A stretch of 64,000 bases of DNA from Macrostomum lignano (Eukaryota), in contig NIVC01001408.1 of assembly GCA_002269645.1 (NCBI GenBank), forward strand, positions 1 through 64,000, in the 5' to 3' direction. Positions 30,215 through 46,600 of the stretch are shown here, one piece after another (the stretch's first letter is position 1; each line of letters begins with the position of its first letter). Both the position numbers and the translations under genes were made by a program. The notes beneath the pieces were generated by a model. That model was not told the DNA's origin and made no database searches. It saw only the letters and a program-made list of their open reading frames with translations.

Positions 30215-31546
30215 TTCGAGATGTCACACTTAAAAAATTAACCATCCCAAAGAGAGGGTTCAGCCACGCGATATGGGTTGTTGAGCCAGGCTAAATATTA
30301 ATCATTAGCTTGATGTAGCTGTGAGCAGCTCTCATTAAAAGTTGATCTCGCAGCTGTCATACTCATAGAAAAACACCCCGCTTGTCAGAAAGCCATTATA
30401 ACGGCTAAAGGAATTAAGCGAAGGAGTTCCTCTTTCGACGCTTGAAAGAGCTGCGCTGGTGCCAGAGCATTCAGTCTAAAATTAATTGCATAATTCCTTA
30501 CTGCATGGAAGTTGGACCCATAAGCATAATTTAATTGTTTTGAAAACCGTGTGTGTGCGCGTGTGTGTCTATGAACGGGGCTGCTGGCGTCCCTCTTTGT
30601 GCCGATGTCTGTGGCCGAATTATTAACTAAACTTGCTGTTTTTATGTCTATGTCTCTGGGTAAGACCGAATATATACTGCTGCTAAATAGGAATTCTTAA
30701 CTTTGTTGGCTTAACCTGCCTGACAAAAGCAATATACGAGCTACTACCAGGCAAATAAGCTGCACTTTTCTCATCATCAACAGCTGCTATGTGAAAATCT
30801 ATTCAGCTTTGGCAAGATTGACTTTTACCATAGACTGCATGGGCATGCATTGATGAGAAAACTGCAAACTGCATGTACCCAGTCTGTAGGAGTCTCCAGA
30901 GAGCATACATATAGAGATACAGTGTAAAAAAGATTTAAGGCGGTTCTGTTGAAATGTCTATGGCCAAAAAGAGCCTTAAAGCGTACGATACTCTTCTAAT
31001 CTATGGAATTGTTAGCATCCAAAGTAAACCTGCAGGTCTATAAAATATCGCTATAATCCGCGCACGAATCTAGTCGCCTCTGGAAAAGGAACGTCTGTAT
31101 AGATCGAGACGGATCAATCAATGGAAAATACGGTGAGACGAGTGTGATTGACATATTCTCTCGAAATCTTAACTATTTAAAAAAAATCTTTTCTAAAGCT
31201 ACTGGAGATTTCAAAAATGAATTAGTACATGTTTAACTGACAATTGTACACTCATATTGTTTGGTAAACTAAGCTGAATTTAAATTCGCGCCAAAAGGAG
31301 GGAACATTGTTAAACAAAAAACATACATTGTTTTAAGTGAAAAGTCGGCGTTATCAAACTGTACTCGCATACGAAACTTGTCTCTACGAAATAAGAGTGC
31401 ATTCAAATATGAAATAACAACCAAGTAACGACTGTTTGGTATAACAAAACCACGCTATTTTTATTGCATAAGCAAATATCCACGAATATATTGAGTATGA
31501 TTTTATCGCATAAGAGTTTGACGATTAGAAATTAGCACTATATATA

Positions 31547-32931
<1,385 letters not shown>

Positions 32932-33186
32932 GAGTTTAACTATCAAACTCTGCATTCATAAATTTTTAATGTCGAAGCTGAGCTCAGATATTGTTTCCAG
33001 TGCATGTTTGAGCATTTGTCAATTAAGGGGCATATTCTTGCTTGGTGTCACGACTTTAAACCTTGACCACAAACTATCAATCATACGAGCCGTATACAAT
33101 GCTATATTTAGCATGTAAGTCAACAATAGTCTTGTAATCCGCATTGTTTTATCTACGTGCGAGCATAATTACGCAATCTATCTTTC

Positions 33187-34008
<822 letters not shown>

Positions 34009-34056
34009 TCTATAGCAATAGCTACTTTAGCTACTTTCCAATTCAATCTGTATCAG

Positions 34057-34571
34057 GTTTAATCATTCTATTACCACCGCAGGAATCACTAACTAGCTAC
34101 ATCACGGATGTCGCGGCTGTTGTTCTTGGTGTCCTTGCCATATTAGTCGCTTTTGGTTTAACATTAGCGGACCACGATAGTAAAAAAGAGTGCAACAATG
34201 ATCGCAGCGAAGCTTCGGTAGCCAGGGCCGATTCTGACGACAGCGAAATCAAGCAACCGGGAAGTCAGAATCACCTGATGAGTTCATGTACCTTTAACCG
34301 GGTGCACCTGTACATGAGCAGTCAGTCAAATCAGCCAGTTTGGCTTCGGTGTCTTTCCTGGCTAATGGATTGCGGCGCATTCGTCATTAACGACGCCGAA
34401 AACATTATGCTGCCTATAAACACCGGAAAATATAACGACAAATTCGCTCTGATCTGCCGTCTATGCGGTGGTCACAGTGGCTTGGTTCCGATGGAACAAT
34501 TTGCCAGATTGAGCTGGCGATGCAGACATTGTGCCAGGTTCCAGCGGGCAATGTGCGTGGTCGATGTTTAA
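34057..34571 (+). CDS. Lunapark-like protein exon: TM segment plus C4 zinc ribbon (possible first exon 33099-33114)
   Basis: DKFALICRLCGGHSGLVPMEQFARLSWRCRHC parallels Lunapark NRYALICQQCFSHNGMALKEEFEYIAFRCAYC. Hydrophobic VAAVVLGVLAILVAFGLTL. Confidence 0.6.
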
Positions 34572-35084
34572 ACGGATTGTTTTAGTATGTGTTTTATGAC
34601 CTGTTTTTTTACATTTATGCCAGTTAAGCTATAAGAATTAAGTGTTGCATTCACTCGCTTGTACATGTATGCACTGTATTGGTCTCTTTTCGCGAGGAGA
34701 CATTAACGTCAAAATAAATTTGATTAATTGGTGTAGTATTTAATACGTCGTTAAAATGTACATGTATAGATTGATTTATAATTATACTTTTTTTATTGAA
34801 TTGCAGGTGGCAATTGCATGCCACGGTTCGGCATGGAATCGCATTTCAAAACATTGGGCACGGACCTTAAGACAGTGCATGGCATTACCTTAAGACCATA
34901 ATTTACCTTTAATTATTTCCCTTACCCCAAACCTGAGGCCACGAACCTTCAGATAGGGGCACAAAAGTTAAGACAAGAGCCCCAAAACTTCAGCGGTAGA
35001 GGCACATGCAGTTTAGCCGAGGACATATTGCTACAAATCAATGCAATTCAGATTCAGTGTACATGTATAGTGTATACTCGCGTC

Positions 35085-36035
35085 GATGCATGCATTTTTG
35101 AGACATTATCTGCAGTGTGAGGTGCTTCAGGGAGATACGCTGGCGCCGTTCCGTATATCCTGGTGCTTGACTCGATGCTGCAGACGGCTCTCCCTTCTTT
35201 CTCCCTTCTTCCTTCTTTCCCTCGATCCCTTAGATGGCTTCTGCTGCAGCGACGCGTGGGTCAACGCCAACCGGAGAGGCGGCTCAGCGGGCTTGGCGAT
35301 CTCCCTCTGCTGTCCTCGACCGTTGAGGGTGCCCAGCGCCAGCTGGACCGGCTGTTGAGCGTTGCGGCGAGCTTCGGCGAGCTTCGGCCTGGTGGTCATC
35401 ACGTAGAAGACTGTCGTGCTCTGTGTGCCGGACGACATCACGGCTGCTATTTTCTGCCGAGGCGTAGATGGGCAGGTGATGAGGCTTCCGCGCTGTCAAC
35501 TGTTTGTCTACCTCGGCGGTCTGGTGTTGGACGTTCGCGAGGATCTGCGACGTCGCCGTGGACTTGCCTGGGCTGCCTTCCGCGTTCCGTGAGGCCGGCT
35601 GTCCTGCAGTCCGAGGCCCTGCCTGACCGCCAGAGGGCGGGCGTTCCAGGTGGTGATCGAGACCGTCCGTCCTATTGTACAACGCCGAGACCTGGACGCT
35701 GAAGGATTCGCTCGAACAGCAAGTCGATGCGGCCCGCACGCTGACCTGCTGCGCGCCGCCTTCAAGATCAGCTAAGCGAATCGCCGCACCGGTCTGTCCC
35801 GTCCCAGCGAACTGCTGCGCCGTCGGCGACTACTCCAGCTGGCAGGCCATATTTTCCAAGCTGAGATGTACTGTCCGCAGCCGGTACAGACCGGTGCTGC
35901 TGCTAACGCCGCAGGCACTCTGCCTGCGGGGTCAGGCGCACACTCGGATCGGCTGCCCTAGCTGCTGGCTAATTCCTGCCCCTCCCCCCGGACACTACCG
36001 GCAGTGCAGCCTACGTTCACGCCCAGGCCCCTAGA
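35085..36035 (+). mobile_element. Decayed RTE-group non-LTR retrotransposon RT fragment
   Basis: Frameshifted motifs VLQGDTLAPF, LLSSTVEGAQRQLDRL and LYNAETWTL. Confidence 0.8.
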
Positions 36036-36849
36036 CGCGCCCTGTGACGTTGTCTCGCGCCTGACTGGCTGACAGCGTATTTTGCAGTTGTTGCATGTTT
36101 GTTGTTTATGCATGTAAATAGCTAGATGTACAACATGTTATGTGATACAAAAGTTGGTTTACATATGTACATGTAAGTTTAGATGGTAATGATCGCAAAG
36201 TATTCTAATACGTACATATACATGTAACGATACTATATGCAGCAGAGGCTAGTACTGCAGGTTGCATTATTGTATTAATACTCAATCTGCAACTAAAAAG
36301 GCGTGTGGGCTACATGGTTGCAATCAATAACTCGTAGTTACATAAAAATGTATAAGATTATTTTTTAGAGAGTTGTTGGTCTACATGTACATCGACTAGT
36401 GCACGTAAAGAGCTCCCATCAATCTCATCAATGTTTTACTTTAAATAGTTTCGTACTGTTACCGATAGAAAAATAACACTTACTGTTCTGCTGGGCGTGC
36501 TTCGAAAGAGAGGCAGGTAGTTTTTTTAGTTTCTTTTTATAAAAACTAAACACTGAATAAAACAACAAAACAGCCACAACTTTTGGCATTACTTGGGGCT
36601 CAGGGCCCTACTGCCGCCCCGCCTGATTGGAAATCACTAACCATGAGCTGCAATCCTGCATGCATACTTCAACCTTCTAAAGTTTAGTACAACTTGAAGT
36701 GGTTAGACTGTCGAACAGGCTATTAAAATAATAAAAATAATTTAATTTAATACTTACAAATTGTTTAACTAGAAAAATAGCCTATACTAAATTAAGGCTA
36801 AAACTGTTTGTTTAAACTTTAGATAGCTTGCTTAAATTATTAAAAAAAT

Positions 36850-38040
36850 CAAAAACCTTTTTTGGTCCTTCAAGACACATTTACGACTATGGAAAATTAC
36901 TGCAAACAAAATTACTTGAAAGTAAACGCAAGCAAAACAAAGTTCATGCAGGGCAATACCAGACAAAAAAACGACGCAGAAAGCATTGCTACAAAAATAT
37001 ACTACGACAACCAAGAAATAGAGGAAGTAAATGAATTTAAATACCTGGGAATTATTTTTGAACCAAAAAACAGCTTTAAAAAATGTATTGAACACCAAAC
37101 TAAGCAGGGATATACAGCCATGTTTTCCCTTCTCCATAGGGTAAAGAATACGTCCCTAGACATCACACTCATTCGCAGACTATTTGACGCGCTTGTTACC
37201 CCCGTTATCACTTACGGTTGTGAGCTCTGGGGCCCTCTGGCTACCATGTCTGATACAAAAGCTATTGATAATATTCAGCTGAAATTCTACAAATATCTCC
37301 TCAATCTACCAAAATTTGCTAGCAACAGTGTGATATCATCAGAACTTGAGCTTACTCCAATCTCTCAACGAATCGCTAAAACCTACCTCATCTACTGGCT
37401 GAAGATTAGACACAAAAAACTCTGCCAAACGACTCTAGAAATTTTCTACTCAAACACCAGCCAAAAAAATCCATGGAAAACAAATGTACTAAAGAAACTG
37501 GAAAGTATAGACTTAAAAGCACTAACTGATGATAAACTTTCCCAAAGCTTTAATAACGAGAAATACCTAGTGAAAAAGCACCTCAAGATACACAGAGAAA
37601 GAGAACTTAGCCAAAAGCTAGAGAATCAGCAACATATTAAACTCTACAAAAACGCCTATCTCTACAAAAAAATCTGCAGGCCCGACCTTTCAGATTACTT
37701 TCCATGCACTTTTAGAAACAAAAAATTCTTAACAACCCTCCTAAAACTGAAATGCGAAATTACACCCAACATTTTCTCTCATGAAGCATGTAGACTGTGT
37801 GGAGCGAGAAATGGTTCCGATATCCTACACTACTTGACCGAATGTCCACAAACTGAAAAGATCAGAAAAAAATACTTCCGTCAGCACCTCTTAAATGACA
37901 AGCAAGTACACAAGTTAGGATATGCTACAAATGAAAAAAGAGTCAGAAAAGAGCTCACTGGTGTAGCTAAAATATATGAAGTCATGAATAGCTAAAACAG
38001 TTATGCAAACTGAAACAGACATATCAGCAGTGTAATAAAT
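36850..38040 (+). mobile_element. 5'-truncated AT-rich non-LTR retrotransposon (RTE-X/CR1-group-like); open 377-aa C-terminal ORF2 part at 36862-37995
   Basis: LKVNASKTKFM, VNEFKYLGIIF, LFDALVTPVITYGCELWG and C-terminal CRLC...DILHYLTECP. The YADD core is absent. Confidence 0.85.
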
Positions 38041-39522
38041 CCGCTTTTCTTTTGTTTATTCATTTACTGTCTTTTTAATTTCCTATTTAATTAGCATTTA
38101 ATTAATATTTAATTAGTTTCCTATCTAATACCTATTTAAATCGTCGCTATTCGTTTAACGTAAATTTCTTTCGAAGTTCGTTTTTGTTCATTTTTCGTTC
38201 GTTTTTCACGCTTTGAAATATTGCGCGCTTGCAAAATACTATATCTTTTTACAAAAAACGCTCTTTCAAATACCTTAATAATTTTACAATTATCGTAACT
38301 CGCATCGTAACTCGTGTAAAAATTTAACCTTTTGAACAAATTTAACCTTTTGAACTTAATCGTAATTAAACAACTAATGCTAAAATAACTTAAATACACA
38401 GAAATATACTGGCCAAACAGGCTTCTTGCCTGAGCCAACTTACTACTACTGGTCGAATTATTTCATTACCGCGTGTTAAGTTTTATGTACCCTGTTTGCT
38501 AACTATAACTATTTAATTTATAATCGGACTTTAATTTTAAACTATGTATTTTAAATTTTTACTTACTAAAATTAGCTTAAGTAAAAATGCAGCTGCGCTG
38601 TAGGGGACCATACATGCTCAGTGCAGTGCTGCAGTGCAATAGCTGACAGTGCAAAGACTGACTTAGGCTTGCTTGCTTGCTTTACCTGTAGCTGTAGGAG
38701 GACTTGTAACATTGAGGCCTATCTTAAAATAAGTAATATTGTTAGGTCTAGTTGGCCTGTGGTGTAAATAAAATTTGGTCAATGGAAGCTCTTTAAAAAA
38801 TAAAATAGAAAAAGATTCAAAGGTAGGCCTACTACTATTGCTAAGCTTTAAGTAAGCCTAATATAGGCCTAATTTGCAAAAAATTAAGTTATAAGGTTGA
38901 CAAAGAATAATAATATCTAAAAGAAATAGACACTTTAGTATAAAGGTTAGTAAAGATCTTATAAGTTTGCATAAAACAACAATGCCTAGTTTCTTTCTCT
39001 AGGCCTAACTTTAATTAATAATTTTATATAAAACAATTCATTGCAAGTAGCATTAGTATTATAATGGTTACTTAGGCCTATTTACTTTTTGTGCCTTGTT
39101 TAATAGTTGTAAATGATGACTTGAAAGAATAAAAATATACTAGGCCTAAATGATTGTGAAGTCAATAAGATAATAAGTTAGGCCTATACATCTATCTAGA
39201 TGATAGGCCTAGTAAAAAGTAAAGGAAAAAATAGTATTAACAATTTTCATACATATATTAGTATAGTTTTATATTTACTAGAGTCATAATATAATGATAA
39301 TAATAATATATTTTTTAATGTGAATTTAAAAAACAAAAAATCTGAGGCCTGGCCAGCTGCAATGCAGAGAGTCAACAGACCATGTTGTCCATATTTTCTA
39401 TTTCTATTAAAAATATTGGTAAAACTTATATTTGAATTTTCATAAAAATACAGGCCTATTATTAATCATATTTCAATTAAAAAGCTATCAATATACTACT
39501 AGCAAACAAAAAAGTGCTAATT

Positions 39523-39700
39523 ATCTCTACCTATAAAAATGAAAACTTTGTCTGTCTGTGGACAATTTTGATCGCTATGGACTCCTAAACAGCTCAACCA
39601 AATGACACCAAACTTTATATCCACCTAAACTTATTATGGAGAGTGTCTTAGGCTACCTTAAAATTTCCTAGACTCAAGTCTTCCTACCTAAAAGTACAAA
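39523..39700 (+). mobile_element. Possible 5' end of a non-autonomous Helitron-like element
   Basis: ATCTCTACCTATAAAAATGAAAACTTTGTCTGTCTGT...ACTCCTAAACAGCTCAACCAAATGACACCAAACTTT resembles invertebrate Helitron-N 5' ends as recalled. No 3' end identified. Confidence 0.4.
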
Positions 39701-40729
39701 AAACTGCTCAAAATGTGCAATTTTTTCACTAAATCCTCCATAGCATTGCTCCACTTCTACCAATTCTCTTCAAATTTGACACAGACAATCTTAAACTATT
39801 TTGACACAATCGTGTAAAAATTCTAAATCTCAAAGTTGATCCTAAAAGGTGCTGTGCACTTTTAAAATTAGACTGTTTTTTTTCAGCAAGGCAGCCACCC
39901 CAACCTCTGCCTGCCTGCCTCTTTCCTTATCTGGCAACATGTGGAAAATGGGTTCGAAAATTGACTATCTTTTGACTGCCATAAGTTTGCTCCATGTGAA
40001 GCAATTGACTTCAAACTTGACACAATTCTTCATTGATTCATTCTGTCTCAATGTTAAGTCTCAACTCTGTAACTCAATTAGAACAGAAACTGTAAGCATA
40101 TGAAGTTTGTCTGCTTTTTCTATTGTTTGTGGCACTCAACTCACTCATTCCCCCAGTCCAGACAAAGAATCAGAGATAGGGCTCAATGTACATAGCAAAT
40201 TTATAGTGTTTTAGAATAAATTTTTAACAGCATTCTTTGTACCCCTGCAAGTGGAGAGGCGTGGAGTGGATAAAAGAGAGTTTAGCGAGAGATTCAATTT
40301 CAACCACTGTCCTCTGAATAGACAAGTCTGCAGCAGTTAAAGAAGGATGGCAAATCAAGGCAATGTGGGATGGTTTGTAAAAATATCGTAAAATTAATGA
40401 ATAACTGATTACAATGTAATCCTAAAATAAATTAGTTATACCATGAAAATTTTAACATTAAGATTCGCATACGACTTTAAAATTTAAATGGCCTCCTAAG
40501 AAATGTGTATTTCCATAGTTGTTAGACTGCTGCAGACTGTGGTAGTGGAGCTGGAGATATACAAATTCCTCTCAGGGCTGCTAATTGACCAGAAAGATGA
40601 CGTGATTAAAGCATGAGATATGATAACAACCATGATAGTACTAAGTCCCACAAACTGGCTTTTGAAGCAGGGATTGGCAGATTTTTATCTCAAAGGCCAG
40701 ATAAAGAATCCAGCTCATGGCTATGGGCC

Positions 40730-41455
40730 AGATGAGAGTGAAAAGGAAAAGGAATAGACTTAGAAAAGGAGGAGGGGCGAGAAGGGATAAAAGAAAAGAT
40801 AGAAGATAACAGGAAAGACGTACAAGGTTGAGGAGAGAGCAGAAAATATGGGACAAAAAAGCAAGAGGAGGGGAGAGAGAAGGGAGAGGAAATAGTAGAG
40901 GTGAGAAGATGGAAAGAGAAGAGGGGAGAGAAGAGACAGAGGATCGATGAGAGAGGAGAGTAGAGAAGAGTGCAATGAGAGAACAAAAAGGAGATGAGAG
41001 GATCGAGAGGGGGGATTAGAAAGGATAGAAGAGAGGATATAAGAGGGGGAGAGACGAGTGAGAAGAGAGAAGATAGAGATGAGAGAGAGAGTTGAGAAAG
41101 AAGAGAGGACAAAGGAGAGATGATAGAGTAAAGGGAAGAGGAGGAGAGAGGAAAGAGATGAGATTGTAGAGATGAGTGAGATGAAAGGAAATATGAGAGA
41201 GTAGAATAGAGATGACAGATGAAAGAAGAGAGATCAGAGTGCGGAGAGATGAGAAAAAAGAATAGAGGGGAGAGAGTATAGAAGAGGGAAAAGAAGAGAG
41301 GAGTAAGGAAAGAGAGGAGTCAGAAGAGGGGAAAGGGAAGAGTACACAGTAGAGAGGAGAGTAGAGATAACAGAAGAGAGAGGGGAATAAGAGAGCAAAG
41401 ATGAGAATGAACAGACAATATAAGAGAGGAGAGAGGAGAGTGAGAGAGAGAGAGA

Positions 41456-41537
<82 letters not shown>

Positions 41538-42445
41538 GAAGAGAGAAGAGAAGAGATGAGAAGAAAGAAGAAAGGATCGAGTCCTCCTGAGTAAACAAAG
41601 GGGAAAGAGAGGAGTACAAGGGGAGAAAGGTGAGAGAACATGAGAGTAAAGATGACAGATAAGAGAGGGGAGATGAGAGAGCAGGAACAAGAGTGAACAG
41701 ACAAGAGATGGGAGAGTAGAGAGAAAAGAGGAGAGACAAGAAATAAGGGATGAGAGGTGGAGACAAGGGAGAAATGAGAAGTGAGTTAGGAGAGAGGAGG
41801 GGAAGGGAGAGAATCGAGAGGACAGGGGAAATTGGTGAAAAGGACGAGAGAGAAGAGGAAAGAGGGGAGAGAAGAGAGATAGGATAGGAGAGAGCAGAGA
41901 GATGAGATGAGAGAGAGAGGGGGGAGAGGAGAGAGAGCAGAGAGAAATGAGAAAAAAATAGGAGAGAGAAGATAAAAGAAGAGAAACAAAAGATAAGAGA
42001 GCAAAGACGAGAAAGAAGGGAGGTGAGGGAAGAGACGATAGAAGAGATGAGAGGAGAGAGTGGACAGGGGAAAGGAAAGAGTTGAGAGAAGAGAGGAAAA
42101 AGGAGAAAGTAGAGATAAGGAAAGTGTTGAGAGAGGGTAGAGTAAGGAGTGAGAAGAGAGGTGAGGGAAGAGAGAGCAGAGAGCAGAGGGAAGAGAGAGT
42201 AGAGAGCAGAGAGAAATGAAAAGAGATAAAAAAGAGAAAGGAGATATGAGAGACCAGAGAGAAGAGAAGAGAGGAGAGAGATAAGAATAGAGGGGAGAGG
42301 GAAAGATGAGAGAAGAAATGAGAGAGGAGAGAGGACAGAAGAGTGAAGAAAGAAGAAATAAGAAGAGAAAGAGAGAAGAGACAAGAGAGAAGAGAGGAAA
42401 CAGAAAAGAAGATGGAAGTTTCAGAGGATGCAAGGGACATAGGGA
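40730..42445. repeat. 1.7-kb polypurine (GA-rich) low-complexity tract with pure (GA)n at ~41459-41533
   Basis: Almost exclusively A/G on the plus strand. Confidence 0.95.
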
Positions 42446-43652
42446 GAGGCAGAGTTTGCCTGATATTCTATATAGCACCCTAGCCAACAATATCAATGTT
42501 TGCCTCAAATCCTAATTTTACACGAATGTACACTATTTTATGTTTAACTCAATCCTAACTATTAACAAGTTTTTGTTTGAGTTTGACCTCAGACTTTAGA
42601 ATACATGCTAAAATAATTCTAGGGAATGGAGTTCCTTGGGTTCAAAATTGGCAGGTTTCAATAGCTTGTCTATAAATAAATGGCAGGCGCATTGCCAACC
42701 CTTCACCTTTTTCTCTCTCCCATTTTCTTATTTCCCACCTATTATAACAAAAAAATTTAAAGAACCACCACCTAGCCTTTTTCCTTCCCTTTATTTTCAT
42801 TAAACCCCTACATAGTTTGTTATAAAATTCAACTACTATAAAAACATCTCATATTTCATTTTTATGTTCTTGTAAGACAATTAATATGATTGATAGCTAA
42901 ATAAATGAAAATATGAATGATTTATATTTTTTTATTGTAGATATTGTTATCATAAATATCTAATGCCAAATACTAAAAAAATATATATTGTACTCAAGGT
43001 ACAACTGATACTTATAAACTAAATTAAAGTAGAATGCTACTTTAAGTAAATTTTTATAATTTGGAATTTTATATATTGTTGGTTAGGAAAATTGCTACAT
43101 TGGAAAAGAAGTAGCAAAATTATATTAATTTTCTTTGCACAATATTGATGTGTTATACAACTATAAAGCATATTTAAAAACTTAAGCACCATTTAACAAG
43201 TTTAATATCTTGCCAAATCTATTCAAACTATAAAAGAATGCATTTGGACATGTTTATCTAAGATAACATAAAAAGTATGAGTAAATCTTAGATATTATCT
43301 GACCATTTTGTTACTTGAGGCAACATTTAGTTATGTTTAATGCAACATTGCAACAAATAGGTTGTTTTGCTATATAAAACTAGACTATCAAAAATAAAAA
43401 ACCTTTGAGTTGCTGAATTACATAATTGATATATTGGTCTATATTTTAAAATATTTTAAAATATGTAAATATTTTGCATGTAAATCTTGATTTTCAAATA
43501 CTTCTTCATTTAATACTATTATTACTGCATGATTTATACTTCACTACTGGTATTGACTTACAAGAGTAAATTGATCAGCAGTTTGTGCTGAAGCTGCCAA
43601 TAAACTGTAAACTGTAATTATATAGCTTACCAATACATAACTGCACACAGCT

Positions 43653-46600
43653 ATGCAGCAGGCGCAGCAGCAGAATGCGGGCAGCACAAGCAGCTCAGTT
43701 GCTCGCACAGCCACCCTCATTGAGGCCTGGCATCGCAGCCGAGACCAAGCCGGTTACAACCCTGTGCCAACCCTGCTGGAAATCTGTTCCCTATTAGAGC
43801 AGGAGACTGAGAATTATTTCCATTTGGATCCAGATCCGTTTGACGAGCGCAGCCCCGCGAAAGCTAATCCCAACAGCACCCTGGCCGCGATGTACAAAGT
43901 ATTGTTTCGCTGGGATGAAGTCTTTGTTCGCTATGCTTTTCGCTATATACTTATGGACAAGCCTAATTGCGAGAATGTTAAAGAGTTAACTATAGTTGCT
44001 ATGCGATTTCTAATTACCGCTATGCAATCGATTGACACGTTTCACGCCTTCACCGAGAATGAAGAAGTGATTGACTATTTATATCTGCTAGCTGATAACG
44101 CTCCATTGCCGGCTAGTTGCTATGCTGCAAATCTGTTAGGCTTTGCTCTGGACTCTTCGGACATTGTCTTCCGCTATCGGGCTCACAATACCCGACTCAT
44201 TCCCGTGCTACTGCGTCGGCTAATTGCGCTCAAAGACGAAATGCTATCTGTTAATGCTCAGCATTCACTTCACGGATGTAAGTATTGAATTGATGTAAAA
44301 AATCACTTTGGTTGTGATTGAATTTTACCTACTAAAATTTTTTTTTTAACAGTCGTGCTTTAAAATCTTAGTTTTTCTCGACTGCAGCGATAGTTATTTT
44401 CGCTACATATCAACTAGAAGATCTAGTCACTAGTTAGATGAATAATTGCTTTAATAAGCTATTTTCGCTACATATCGGCTAGTCAATAACGTAACTAGTT
44501 GTCTATTATTGCCTTACAAAGTTTTTTACGCAACATATCGGCTGGTCGATCGAGTTACTAGTTAATTGTGTATTTTTGCTTTACAAAGTTATTTACGCTA
44601 CATATCGGCTAGTTATTCTGTGCTTGTTATAATCTTGTTATAATTAATTTTATTTAACGTGCTAAATATTATAAAATGAAACATTTATAATTAACTCAGC
44701 CTCGAGTGCGGCATCTCTGCAACTCATTGACGGCGACTGTTCAAATAGCAGTACTCGCGATGTACTTGCTGGCAGTATCGGGACCTACAGTCTGCATCCG
44801 CTAACTATAGAGATGCAGCAGCGTCTCTACCTCACCTATCTAGTGCCAATGGCCGAATACCAAGAGGTCCTAGCTCCGATGCTCGAGTGTCAGGCTGTAC
44901 AATTGATATTCGACTACATTGATCCTGGACTTACTAAGGATATAAGATTGACATTTAACGCTCTGCGACTACTGTGCGCTATGCTGTGCCATAAGAAATT
45001 CTCTGTCGAGTTTCTACTGCAAGGCGGAGTTCAACGACTGTTGAGAGTTAGACGACCTTCAGTGTCCTCTACTGCAGTCTCTGTAGCCTTCTACTATTTG
45101 GCCTACTTTGAGGACTCCATGGAAAGGGTGAGTTGTTTCTAATATAAAAATGAGTCACAGAAAGTCATTCAATTTTCATGTTGAGTCAGCTCGTGTAATA
45201 CCGATAGGTCATAGGTCGTAAAAAATTAATAGTGAGTCATAGGGATAGCTCATCTAATAGTGCAGGATGCAATTGATAGTTCATCAATATCAATGTCATG
45301 CATTAGCGATGGGCCATCAAAGGTCATAAAAATCGATAGTTGGGTCATAGAATGTCGTGTATGGTTTCAATTTGTCAATCTTGGAATCTATGGAAGACAC
45401 ACCTGAAAGGTCATGAGACATCAGTTGTGTCAGGTGTCACAACGCCAAATACATTTCAGCTTTGCAGTCTGCCAGAAGATTTAGTGGCCAATTTAGTCGA
45501 GTACGGCCTATGGCTGCTGGAGTGCTCCCATAACACTGGTCGTTGCTATGCTACGATGTTCTTCTCTCACGCCTTTGGCTTTAAACTGATTTTGGATTAT
45601 TTTGACAAGCAGGACGGTTTGAGAAAGCTGTACAATGTGGTGAGTTTCTGTAGCTTGTTGTTTAATGAGAATTATATTTCACCGACTTGGGATCTGGATT
45701 GTACTCGTAGGACTTGGGATCTGGATTGTAGGATTTGGGATCTGGATTGTAGGAATTGGGATCTGGATTGTAGGAATTGGGATCTGGATTGTAGGATTTG
45801 GGATCTGGATTGTAGGAATTGGGATCTGGATTGTAGGAATTGGGATCTGGATTGTAGGAATTGGGATCTGGATTGTAGGAATTGGGATCTGGATTGTAGG
45901 ACTTGGGATCTGGATTGTAGGAATTGGGATCTGGATTTTAAGGAATTGGGATCCGGGTTGTAGGAATTGGGATCTGGATTGTAGGACTTGGGATCTGGAT
46001 TGTAGGAATTGGGATCTGGATTTTAAGGAATTGGGATCCGGGTTGTAGGAATTGGGATCTGGATTGTAGGACTTGGGATCTGGGTTGTAGGAATTGGGAT
46101 CCGGATTGTAGGAATTGGGATCTGGATTGTAGAACTTGGGATCTGGATTGTAAGGAATTGGGATCCGTAATTAAGGATGTGGGATTTGAACTTTCTGGAC
46201 TCGGTATCTGGATACGAGGACTTGAAATCTGAGTTGTTGGACTTGGGTATTGCGATTTTAGGATTTATTATGTTGGATTAGGGGATTTAGGATTTGAGTT
46301 TCGGTCTGATTTTAGGAGTTTTCCTAACTTAAAAATGGACTAACTTTATAATCTTGGATCTAGAGGAATTTGCCTTCGCTTATTTAGAATATCATTTAGT
46401 CCTTATTATGACGTAGGGATTAGAAATAATGTTTATGCAATGTTTATGCAAGCAACATAAGCTTGAATCAAACAGTGATATAGGAAGTCTCAATAAAAAA
46501 TAAATCCAAGCAATGCGTTCTCGTACACGGTTATAATTGTCTTAAGAGCGAGCGGGGCTGTTCTTTGATCAATAAAAAATTAACAGTAGAAAATATATCA

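Noticed and set aside
39860-40740. Possible minus-strand exons upstream of DCAF1
   Set aside because: Short frames with stops and no coherent splice chain or motif.
40641-42515. Leu/Ser-rich membrane-protein-like ORFs
   Set aside because: Artefacts of the polypurine/polypyrimidine tract.
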